From Candidatus Woesearchaeota archaeon (GTDB taxonomy: Archaea > Nanobdellota > Nanobdellia > Pacearchaeales > GW2011-AR1), in the NCBI GenBank assembly GCA_964450135.1, contig CAYVCF010000002.1, forward strand, positions 1 through 34,543: a stretch of 34,543 nucleotides of DNA. Reading direction: 5' to 3'. The notes under the pieces are model-generated. The model was not told where the DNA came from. It made no database searches and saw only the letters and a list, made by a program, of their open reading frames with translations. The translations under genes and the position numbers were made by a program. Below, in pieces: positions 8,903 through 18,800 of this stretch; position 1 is the first letter of the stretch; each line of letters begins with the position of its first letter.

Positions 8903-9223
8903 TCAAGAATAATCTCTGCTTGTATGCCCGCACTTCGTGCATTTGAAAAATTTTGTTTCTGCCTCGTCGCTGGATCTGGTTTGAACAGTCCAAAAATAAC
9001 AAGTCAGGTTTCCGCATTTTTTGCATTTTTCTGCGACAATCGGAAGAATTTCTTTTTCTTTTTCTTTAACAACTGCGATTTGCTCTTTCTCGTCGAGAAT
9101 TTCAGAGGTCTTTAATTTTATTTTTCCTTTTACAGAATAATTACATCTGGCACATCCGTCGTTTTTTCTTTTTTGTATAAGAACTGCTCCGCACTTTGGA
9201 CAAAATTCCATTCTAAGTTTCAA
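8903..9223 (-). CDS. tfs: Transcription factor S / RNA polymerase subunit M-like
   Basis: N-terminal ribbon CPKCG...CARCNY. The C-terminal TFIIS-type ribbon is CKKCGN...YFWTVQTRSSDEAETKFFKCTKCGH. Confidence 0.9.
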   Translation of the reverse strand: MKLRMEFCPKCGAVLIQKRKNDGCARCNYSVKGKIKLKTSEILDEKEQIAVVKEKEKEILPIVAEKCKKCGNLTCYFWTVQTRSSDEAETKFFKCTKCGHTSRDYS

Positions 9224-9298
9224 TCTTTATGGTTTTTAAATCTTTTTTAATTATTTATTTCTTTTGAATTCTTCCACATAAAATCAAAATACAAATCT

Positions 9299-9697
9299 TT
9301 ATTTCAACTTCATCTCAACAGCTTTTGCAAGTTTAAAAAAACAGGACTTTGCAAATGAAACAGCGTCGTCAGAATCTACTTTCTTTGGACTAAATCCATA
9401 ATAATTTATATTGTGTCTCATTCTTCGCAGATTATCAACTAATTGCAGTGGTCTATCTAATTTGACATTTAATCTTTCAAGCGTTTTAATTTGTTCAACA
9501 TGTTGTTCTGAAATTTGCCCGCGACTGACAAGCAAAGAATCTCCGAGCATTCTAAAACATTCGTAGATATTTCTTATTATGTTGAATGCAGAATCGTCGT
9601 CGGATTTTAATTTAAGTGTATAATTCATTTGTCTGATTGAAGATTCAAAAATACTTTTTGCGTTTTTGTTGTCAGGATATTTTATTCTTTCTATCAT
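9299..9697 (-). CDS. HEPN-domain protein (putative toxin of the MNT-HEPN pair)
   Basis: 132-aa helical protein with an Rx4-6H-like motif (NLRRMRHNINYYG). Its ATG overlaps the stop of the upstream nucleotidyltransferase gene (ATGA at 9694-9697). Confidence 0.7.
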   Translation of the reverse strand: MIERIKYPDNKNAKSIFESSIRQMNYTLKLKSDDDSAFNIIRNIYECFRMLGDSLLVSRGQISEQHVEQIKTLERLNVKLDRPLQLVDNLRRMRHNINYYGFSPKKVDSDDAVSFAKSCFFKLAKAVEMKLK

Positions 9698-10284
9698 GGC
9701 CTAACCTCTAAAAATCCGTCGAGAACAATGCCATTAGAAATATTTGCAAACAGATTTGTATCTATTTTATTTCTTGAAAAAACATAAAGATTTACTGGAA
9801 CATTTTTTCTATATCCTAATTCAGAAATAATTCCCAATTGAATAATTTTTAATTTTTCATTTCCAGAAATTTCAACTGCAATATCTATATCGCTGTTTTC
9901 GTTGTCATCCCCTTTTCTATAACTTCCAAATAAAATTATTGCTTTTGCATTTGGGATTATTTTATAAGTTTCAGTTAATATTTCAGAAAGATAAATTCTT
10001 TCTAAGTTAGAAGTAATCTTTAAAGTTTTATTGTAGATGTGTTCAAAATTGCAAGATATTCTCCAAAGTTTTCCAAGTTCTTGTATTTTTAAGAATCCTT
10101 CATTTACCAACCTATTCACGATTGATTTTGCAGTTGTTTTTGAAATTTTTATCGATGCTGACAAATCATTTAAGCTCATTTCTTTATTTGGGAATGCGAA
10201 AAACCAAGATAAACATTTTCTATATGCTTCATTTAATTCTATTTTATTTGATTTTATTTTAAGGACTTTATTCTGATTTGTCAT
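9694..10284 (-). CDS. Winged-helix plus minimal nucleotidyltransferase (MNT) protein
   Basis: The NTase signature is ILFGSYRKGDDNENSDIDIAV. The N-terminal part looks like a wHTH (SKTTAKSIVNRLVNEGFL). Confidence 0.8.
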   Translation of the reverse strand: MTNQNKVLKIKSNKIELNEAYRKCLSWFFAFPNKEMSLNDLSASIKISKTTAKSIVNRLVNEGFLKIQELGKLWRISCNFEHIYNKTLKITSNLERIYLSEILTETYKIIPNAKAIILFGSYRKGDDNENSDIDIAVEISGNEKLKIIQLGIISELGYRKNVPVNLYVFSRNKIDTNLFANISNGIVLDGFLEVRP

Positions 10285-10351
10285 CTTATTGGTGACGAAT
10301 AGAACTATTTAAACTTTTTGTAAACCATTTGGTCTCAAATAAAACCGGTAA

Positions 10352-10978
10352 TTAATCGCAAAATCCCCTTTCACCTTCAGGTCTAAAAGGTTCAAAAAAT
10401 ATTAATTTTACCCAACCCGCATACGGCATAATTTTGAAAACTGCTTTTCCAATTAATTGCTCTTGTGAAATTTTTTTCTCAACTCCGAGCTGTCCTGCGT
10501 TGTTGTCGCCCATTGTTGAAAAATAAAATTTTTCATTTTCTTTGGTTATATTTACAATTCTGTGAATAATTGGATTTTTTGTTCCTGCTTGAAAAATTAT
10601 CACATCTCCGATTTCAAGTTTTTCTGGCTTCGCACCGACGATAAAAAGGATATCTGCTTTGTTAAACCCTTTTTTAAAAATAAATTCTGAAAATTCTGTT
10701 TTGTTTAATTTGAATAAAAAATATTTTGAATCTTGATTTTCCCACCAGTTATTGTAATTAGAAAATAAATTTCCTTGATGATACATTGAGCACGACTCAA
10801 CAATCGCGAGAGGGAGTGAAGTTCCAGTTACAAAACTCAACAAAGGAAAAAAAATAAATTTTATAACGACAAATAAAAAAATCAGAGAAATTAACCAACC
10901 CTTCGGCGAGTCATCTTTCCAGACAATAAACCAGAATTTTTCAAAAAACTTTTTCACACTCTCTTTATTCATGAACAC
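10352..10978 (-). CDS. Signal peptidase I, archaeal/Sec11 (S26B) type
   Basis: TM anchor followed by the boxes VESCSMYH, GDVIIF, IIHRIV and MGDNN. Confidence 0.85.
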   Translation of the reverse strand: MFMNKESVKKFFEKFWFIVWKDDSPKGWLISLIFLFVVIKFIFFPLLSFVTGTSLPLAIVESCSMYHQGNLFSNYNNWWENQDSKYFLFKLNKTEFSEFIFKKGFNKADILFIVGAKPEKLEIGDVIIFQAGTKNPIIHRIVNITKENEKFYFSTMGDNNAGQLGVEKKISQEQLIGKAVFKIMPYAGWVKLIFFEPFRPEGERGFCD

Positions 10979-11155
10979 TAAAACAAAAAAGGTTTTATTA
11001 ATGTTTTGAAAATTGTTTCCGCAAAATTGTAAGAAAAATTTTAAGAAAGTTTTTAATCTCTGAAATTCTTAGATGAAATTAGTCGCGAATTTTTCTTGGC
11101 TCAACTTTTTTGATTTTCTCGTCGTAAAATTGTTTTTAAAAAAATATTTTTCAAC

Positions 11156-11365
11156 TTAATTTTCCAGCATTTCAATAAGAGAATTCAAAAGCGAAATATG
11201 TTTTTCCTCGTCAATCTTAATTGTTTCTATCGTTGTTTTCAATCTCATATTCTTGAATATTTTTATGTCTTTAATATAATTATCTCTCGCTATTTTTTCA
11301 ACTGCGAGTATGTCTCTTAATCTTTCAATAAAATATTTTTTAGTAATTTTGTTCTCCATTTTCAA
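11156..11365 (-). CDS. Small helical protein, possible C-terminal ferritin-like half
   Basis: Helix pair ending in IDEEKHISLLNSLIEML (ExxH). It overlaps the upstream ORF by 26 nt in another frame. Confidence 0.4.
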   Translation of the reverse strand: MKMENKITKKYFIERLRDILAVEKIARDNYIKDIKIFKNMRLKTTIETIKIDEEKHISLLNSLIEMLEN

Positions 11366-11588
11366 GTATAAAATCCATCAACCCCCCGAACATCAGCGAA
11401 TGTTTTCTTGACTCATTTGCAATTATTTTTAAAAATTCAATCAATTTATTTTTTTGTGCTTCTGAAATTTCTTTTATCAATCCTTTTTCTAAACAACTAA
11501 TAAAATAAGAATTTAGTTCATCAATTAATTTATCTTCATATTCTTTTTCGCGGTTCAAGATCTTGATTGTCTGCGTTTGATTTGTCAT
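11340..11588 (-). CDS. Small helical protein, possible N-terminal ferritin-like half
   Basis: Helix pair containing IANESRKHSLMFGGL. Confidence 0.4.
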   Translation of the reverse strand: MTNQTQTIKILNREKEYEDKLIDELNSYFISCLEKGLIKEISEAQKNKLIEFLKIIANESRKHSLMFGGLMDFILENGEQNY

Positions 11589-11733
11589 TTTTTAAATATT
11601 TTATTTTCTCGTCGGTGTTTAATTTCTTTGCATTATATCTTCTCCCTCAAAGAAATTCTAAACGCTTTTTCTTTTTTTGTCAAATCAAGAATTTCTTTAT
11701 CAACCTCCATTTTAATAATTGCAGGACTTAACT

Positions 11734-12081
11734 TTAAATATATTCAAGGACATTATTGAGTGGTTTTATGCCTTGAATAGATAGGAAAAGAAAAAAGTTA
11801 CAAAATTTATTTATTCTTTTACTAGAATTCACAGAAGAAAATTTTTCATAAAGACCTTTTTTCTTAATCAGTTCAACTATTTCTGTTTTGTCGTCGGGAA
11901 AAATAACTTTTTCATATTCTTTAATCAAACATTTTTTATTGATTCCAAAAAGAACATTTGTATTTTTTTCTTTTGCCAACTGAAAAAGTTTATTTTTTAA
12001 TTCAATTTCTTTTTGTTCAATTTCTTTTTTCTGAATCGCAAGTTTCTCGTATTCATCTACTAATCCATTATCGTTTGACAT
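11734..12081 (-). CDS. Hypothetical coiled-coil protein
   Basis: 115-aa ORF. The C-terminal approximately 25 aa are low complexity. Confidence 0.4.
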   Translation of the reverse strand: MSNDNGLVDEYEKLAIQKKEIEQKEIELKNKLFQLAKEKNTNVLFGINKKCLIKEYEKVIFPDDKTEIVELIKKKGLYEKFSSVNSSKRINKFCNFFLFLSIQGIKPLNNVLEYI

Positions 12082-12090
12082 TTTAGGAGT

Positions 12091-12549
12091 TTATTCGATT
12101 TTATTCTCATCTTCAAAGTTTAAATGATCTTCTTTTAAAACAATAAAACCTTCTTTATTCATCATAAATTGATCAAAGGGATTGTTTTTCATAATCTCTT
12201 TTTTACAAAATCGTTCATCCCAAGACCTTATCTTAAGAGCATTTATTATTTTAAATGTTGCATCTCCAACGGTTTTAGGATTTGCATCAAATAATTCTGA
12301 TAAATTTTGTCTTGCCCAATTTTTATTTCCCCCCCATAAAAAATTAGATTTTGAATATGCCCATAAAAAAGCGCAGGCCATAGTGTTTGTGGCAGAATTA
12401 GAAATTCCCGCTCTTTTTCTATAATAAGATGCAATTAAATTATTTATCAAAAACAAATCTTCAGACGAAGGATTTAATGAAATTATTTTTTCCGTAATTA
12501 ATGAACTTACTTCAGCCATTATTTTTTTATTGTCCATATTATTTCCCAC
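12091..12549 (-). CDS. Hypothetical protein
   Basis: 152-aa ORF lying 9 nt upstream of the next minus-strand ORF, in operon-like spacing. Confidence 0.5.
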   Translation of the reverse strand: MGNNMDNKKIMAEVSSLITEKIISLNPSSEDLFLINNLIASYYRKRAGISNSATNTMACAFLWAYSKSNFLWGGNKNWARQNLSELFDANPKTVGDATFKIINALKIRSWDERFCKKEIMKNNPFDQFMMNKEGFIVLKEDHLNFEDENKIE

Positions 12550-12842
12550 TCTCTTTAACTAATTTTTTTACTTTTTCTTTTGCTTCTTCTTTATCAAACA
12601 TAATCGTTCTAAGAATTTATTATTTTTAATTCTTTGTTCTTATAATTTTGTCTTCTATGCAATACCAACTTCTTTAAAATTTTTCAAATTTCCTAATTAA
12701 TGCCCCGGGTTTTTAACAAAAGCCAAATTAAAATTTCTGCGATAATTATCAAGCAAAAATCTCCCAAAAACCAAATATCTTTTTCATATTCTTTAAACTT
12801 ATTAAAAATCTAAAAATGTTTTAAATTTCTCGTCGTCAAAAC

Positions 12843-15800
12843 TTAAATACCCTCAATTTCTTTTTTGATTGAATCAATTTCTCTTTTTATTCCAGCAGAA
12901 TCTTTTTCAGGAATTTTTCCTTTGAAGGGTCTTAGTCGGTCTTCTAAACTTTTTATTTTCAATTCAACATTTGATGTCTTCTTTCCAAGTTTTTTCTTTT
13001 CTTCAAGCGCCTTTTTCAAACCGCTAAGTTCTTCGTTCAAAGATAAACTTTTTTCAGGATTTTTTAAAACATATTTTTCTCTTTCAATTTTTGCTTTTTT
13101 AATTCCTTCAATAACTTCTGCTCTTTGAATTTTTTCAACAACTCTGTGCATTGGTGCTTTTCCTAATCTTTTCCATTGCTCGGCAACTCTTGGAACAAGC
13201 GACTCAAGATACATATCGGCCATTTGGAATTGTCCTTCTTTAACTTTTGATTTTGTAAGTTTTAATTCAAGTTGCAAATCAAGAACATCAATTTTCAAAC
13301 TACTCAACTGAACAATCTGGAATTCCAAGTCCTCAATTTGCTCAAAGTATTTTTCATATTTATCTAATTCAACATTTGTCAATCTTCTTGTATTGTGCAA
13401 GACAGGTCTGAATGAAACAAAATAAGGACGACCATTGTTGTATTCTGCGTTGACTGCCATTCCTGTTCCAACTGGTTCTTTAACAACTGATTTCAAAACA
13501 TCTTCTCCAAATTTCATACTGACTCTTTCTAAATCGCCTTCGTAACGAGTGCCCATTTGAATTTCAGTTCCAATGTTTGCTTTAATTTCTCCAATAAAAT
13601 CGCTCAAGACCTGCGAAATTAAAACTAAACCAATTCCCCATTTTCTGAATTCTCTTGCCCCTCTTTCAAGTTGTATAAATCCCTGTCCACTTCCTCCGAA
13701 TTTTGGAAGCAATCTATGAACTTCGTCGTAAACAATTAATGTTTTTAATTCCTGACTTTCTTCTGGCTCTGATTTGAAGACCTGCTCAATTGTCGACGCT
13801 ACAACCACATCAATTTGTTGCGGAGTCAAATGACTAATGTTAAAAATTGTAATTTCTCCTGGACGATTCATATATTCTCTTAAATTAATTAATTCAAACG
13901 GATCCCTAATTGTTTTTATTGAACCATTGAACGCTCTTGCATCAGTCGGTTTCATATCAAAATATTTGTAACGCTTTATCATTTCTTTATCTTCTGCTTT
14001 TCTTAAAAATCCTGTCCACTGCGCAGTTGGATCAAAAATAATCACACTTTTATTATGAAGCAACGCGCCCTCAATAATATCTTGCGCGCTGATTGTTTTT
14101 CCGCTTCCTGTTGAACCCGCAATCAAAGTATGCATTTGCAATTTATTTAAATCAACAAAAGTTCTTATTCCTGTTTCTGCAACCTTGCCGACAAACGCAG
14201 AGTGTGGAGTAACTTGCGGAAGTTTTCCTAAATCAACTGCTGTCTTAAATCTTTTTCCCTTGAACTGAAGATATCTTATGTAAAGATAGCCCGCGAACAA
14301 TAATCCTGCAAATAAAATTATTGACAAATATACCCACATAGGAATACCAAACAAGGTGCGTTTAAAAAATGGCCAGTTAACACTTACATAAGCAATTGAC
14401 GACGCCTGCATACTTTGTTCAACATTAGAATAATAAGCAGTTGCCTTAACCATATATTTTCCTGTCGGGGTCTCTGCAGGGATTTTTAATTCTTTAACTG
14501 TGCTAATTGTTGTCTCAACTGCAAAGGCCTCTTCATTTCTTGCAAAAATTTCTCCAGTATTTACATCCAGCAATTGCAAATCAAATTGAACATCAACTTT
14601 TTTTGTCTTTCCAAGATTCAACAAATCTGTCTGCAATCTTAAAGTTCCCCCAGGAGAAACCCTTGTAGTTAATGGCTGAATTTTTACATCAAGAAGTTTT
14701 CCTTCAGGAGATAAAATTCTAATTGTCGTCGGTATTTTTCCGCTGTTCTCTCCAGAAGAAATAATTAAATCACCGTCATAATTTCCTGCGTCAACAAATT
14801 TCGGAGCAACAATTTTTATCAAAACATCTCTAATTTCATTTGGCTCTAATTCAACTAAAGAATTTTCAAAGAAAATAAATTCAACAATGTCTCCTTCTGC
14901 GCTAAGTGTGATAGAATTTTTTTGATTTAAAGTATTCGCCAATCTTATCCTTACAGAAGTTGTCTCTCCTGCAAATAATTCTTTGTAAATTGAAGTTGTT
15001 TCTAATTTTACTCCCCCAATATTTATTGAACCCTTTAATAATTCTTCAATTTTTTTCAATGTCTTTGAACTAATTCCTCCGCCCCCTCCTCCGCCTCCGC
15101 TCGTTGTCGTAGTTGTTGAACCAGTTGAACAATCTGTTGAGCAACTTGAAGTTGTCTCGCCATAAGCGGTTTCGCACAAACCATTTCCGCATTTATTTTC
15201 TGCTAAGAAATACGACGAGAAACCAGTTGCATTTCCTGTTAAAGTCAAATTATTTATATCCCGAGTTGTGTAAGATAATTCAGACCAACTTCCGTTGCAA
15301 CTTCTGTTTGCATAAATCCAGTCAGAACATTTTATAATCGCAAGCCGACTTGCAGAATCATAATCATAACCAGTATAATTAAATGTAATATTCATACCTC
15401 TTGAACTAAAGCCAGTTGAGTTTGAAGCAAAACCAATAAATGGATTGTAAGCCACGATTGTTTCAGCAACATCTCCCCCGCTAATTCTGTAAAGATTTAA
15501 ACTAATATTATTTTGAGAAAGATTTGTGAAATTCACATTAAACATTCGTATCTCGTCGTAACTTGCTTTTACAATTATGTCATATGCTCTTTTATTTACA
15601 TTTAGTCGGATTCCTCCTGTCGCGTTTGTGTAATTGCTCATTAAAATTGTTGTAGTATTTGGCCTGAACAAACTTACATTCATATTTGTAACAGCAGATG
15701 AAACATAATCCACAATTTTGAAAATCCAATTATAATTGTCATAAACTTCAAACCAATCAACAGAAGAATTTAAATTTCCAATCGTGTCATTCGCAGAATA

Positions 15801-18800
15801 ATTTACAAGATATTCTCCTGCATTTGTCAAAGCAAAACTATTATTAATGTAATATCCAGCAGAATAAGTAAATGTTAAATTAAGTTGCGAAGTATTTGGA
15901 TAAGTTAAAACCCCGCTCACACTTCCAACAGCAACATTATCTGTCACATTAAATTGCAAATTAATATTATCGTTGAGGTTCACGCTATTTCGCGTAATTG
16001 AAAAACTCGGAGAAGAAACATCTCTTGAAGAAATTGAATTTTCTGAAACAGAAGTTATTTCCCCATAAGTTGAATGAGTTGCTGAAACACTTAAATTATG
16101 ATCCATCCCTCCATAAATTGTTGGAGCAGTGCAATTAATATTCCATAATAAAGTTGAAGAACTATAAGATGAATTTACATTTGAACAAGAACTTCCATTA
16201 GTTGTGACACTCCAAGTTGCTCCAGAAGTCACAGCAGAACCTCCGTAAGTTAAATTTGCTGTAAAATTAATTAAGCCCCCAGCAGTCACATTTGTGAGTT
16301 TTGACGACGAGGTTGGCCAAACAATTGAAAGATTAAATGCAGTTGTTGTAAGCGAGACAGAAACATTTCTTTGAGTCGGATTCGCGCTTGAATTAGTTAT
16401 TGAAATTGTTACATTGTAAGTTCCTTCAACACTCGGAGAAGTGTAATTAATCATAAAGCTCGTGTTAAAACCTTTTTTCACAAGAAGGGTGCTAACATTT
16501 GTTCCAATTATTGACGCGTTTGTCGACGAGAAAACAAAAGTTATGTTTGTATTTCCTGAATTATTTATTGTGACTGCTTCTAAATTTCCTGTCTGACTTG
16601 TTGCTTTTGTATAACTTATAGAAGTTGTGGAGGCGGTCCAAGTCAATGTTTCTGGAACCTGAACATAAACAGTTGTTAAATTAGATTTATTCTGATCTGA
16701 AATATTTAAAACCCCTTGATAATTTCCGCTGAAAAATCCTGTTGAAGTTGTGACGCTGACATTAACTCTTCTTGAAGAATTTGCATCAATTGAAAATGCA
16801 GAATCATTTGCAGAAAAAGTCATTGAGTCGCAAACTTCTCCGCTTAAACAAGAGATGCTCATATTTGAGAGTTCGTCATTTCCTGTATTATTTATTTCAA
16901 CAACTGTTGAATCCACAGAACCAGAATCTACTGATAAATTAACAATTCCAGGAATATGAACAAAAGATTTATTTGACCCAACCGCGATTGTGATATTTAA
17001 TCTTAATCGTGAAATAGTGTTGTCTGGTTCTCTCCAAGTTAAAGTCGCGGTTAAATTATAGTCCCCAGAATGAGTCATCTTTGAAACATTCACTTGGAAG
17101 ACCTTGCTTGTGTTTGTTCCTGCTAAAATATCACTGAACAAATTATTTGTTGGAACAACGACGATGCTTCCATTAGAACTAAAAGTTATATTTGGAGAAT
17201 ACGCAGTAACATTTCCAATATTGCTAAGAGAATAATTTACATAAAACATATCTTGGTTATCCAGATTTATTTTTGCTGTGCTAAAAGAAGTTCTGTTCTG
17301 AGAGAAATTTAATGTTGCAGTTCCATAAGCAGTGAAAGAATAATTTTGCGAAGTAAATGTATTTCCATATTTATCATAAATTAAAACGCTTGCGTTATAC
17401 ATTCCTGCAGAAGTTGAAGAATAATTTCCAGTAAAGTTCGCAACTGTCTTGTCTGTTCCTCCAATGCACTGACCAAATTGTCCGCACAAACTTGTTGCAT
17501 TAATTGATTCAACAACTGCCTTGCTTGAGTTTGTAATATTAATAATTGTTGTTGTCAAATTTATTGAAATATCGTCGGTAGTTCTGACTTTTATTGTAAC
17601 ATTTTTATTTACTTCTGCAATTGTTCCATAAATATTGTCAAGCAAGAAATAAACATCTGTTACATTTGGTCCTTGTTCATAAATCCAGAATTTTTCTAAA
17701 ATTGAACGAGTTGTCGGAGAAGTTGTTGAGTTATAAAAAGTTGTCTTGACAATTGCATTATCCAAACTCAAAGAATAGCCCTTTTGATAAAGCGTGACAT
17801 TGGTAGTATTTCCGAGAGTAACATTAACTAAAGTTGGATTCATAGTCATTGTATTTACAACATAATTATTTTCAAACAATTGAGTTCCATAATCAGAATA
17901 ATTTGTCTCGCTTCCAGCAATACGATCAATGTAAGAAATATTAATTGTCAAATTTGTATTTCCAATATTATAAATTGTGTAATTCGCAAACTCGCCTGCA
18001 GTATTTAATGAAAAACTTTTATTAAAAGTGTAATTTGTCGCTGTTGTAAAATACCAAGAATAATTATAAGGAACTTCAATTGTGATATTAAATTGTTTAT
18101 ATCCGTCGTTTTCAGATGTGACATTTATAAAACCAGAATAATTTCCAGGAAGAGTTTGCGCTGGAACAGAAAGATTAACATTTATATCTTGATTTTGTCC
18201 TGACGCCAATCCAACTATTGAAGTAGGAGAGATATTTACCCAAGTGCTTGAAATATTATATGTCTCTGTTGTTAAATTTCCCTGAATAAATGAAGAAACA
18301 ATTCCTGTTATTGAGTCAGTCCCAATTGACTGAACTTGAAACATAAATGAATCGTTTTTATTATGATGAATTGTTTTTGTGACATTTGTTGAATTAATTG
18401 AAAGAGTTGCGTTTAATGCAATGTTTACAAACATATCTGTATCTGTAATATATTCATTACCGCCTGTTACACTTCCGTCATTGTCTGTCCAATTTGCTCT
18501 CCATGCAACATATTTTTGTCCGTCGCTCGCAGTTCCTTTTACAACAATTAACATTGAAACATTGCAAGATAATCCTGGATAAATTCTTGAGCAAGGAGTG
18601 ACTTCTGTTACACTTTGAATATCTGTATGTGTCGCAGCCATATGCGCGTAAACATGCGGACTTAACATGCTTGAATGTCCTGTATTTGTCAAAGTCGCGT
18701 TCCAAGAAAATTCATAATTTGTTCCTGCAACTAAATCTGCAATTGATTTATTCAAAACATTTAAAGTTCCTGAAGTATTTTTTTCTTCAAGATATTCTAA

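Noticed and set aside
15076-15100. Poly-Gly-coding GC tract (ccgccccctcctccgcctccgc) as a slipped-strand phase-variation site
   Set aside because: The Gly run uses mixed GGN codons, so there is no homopolymer or perfect short tandem repeat long enough for slippage.
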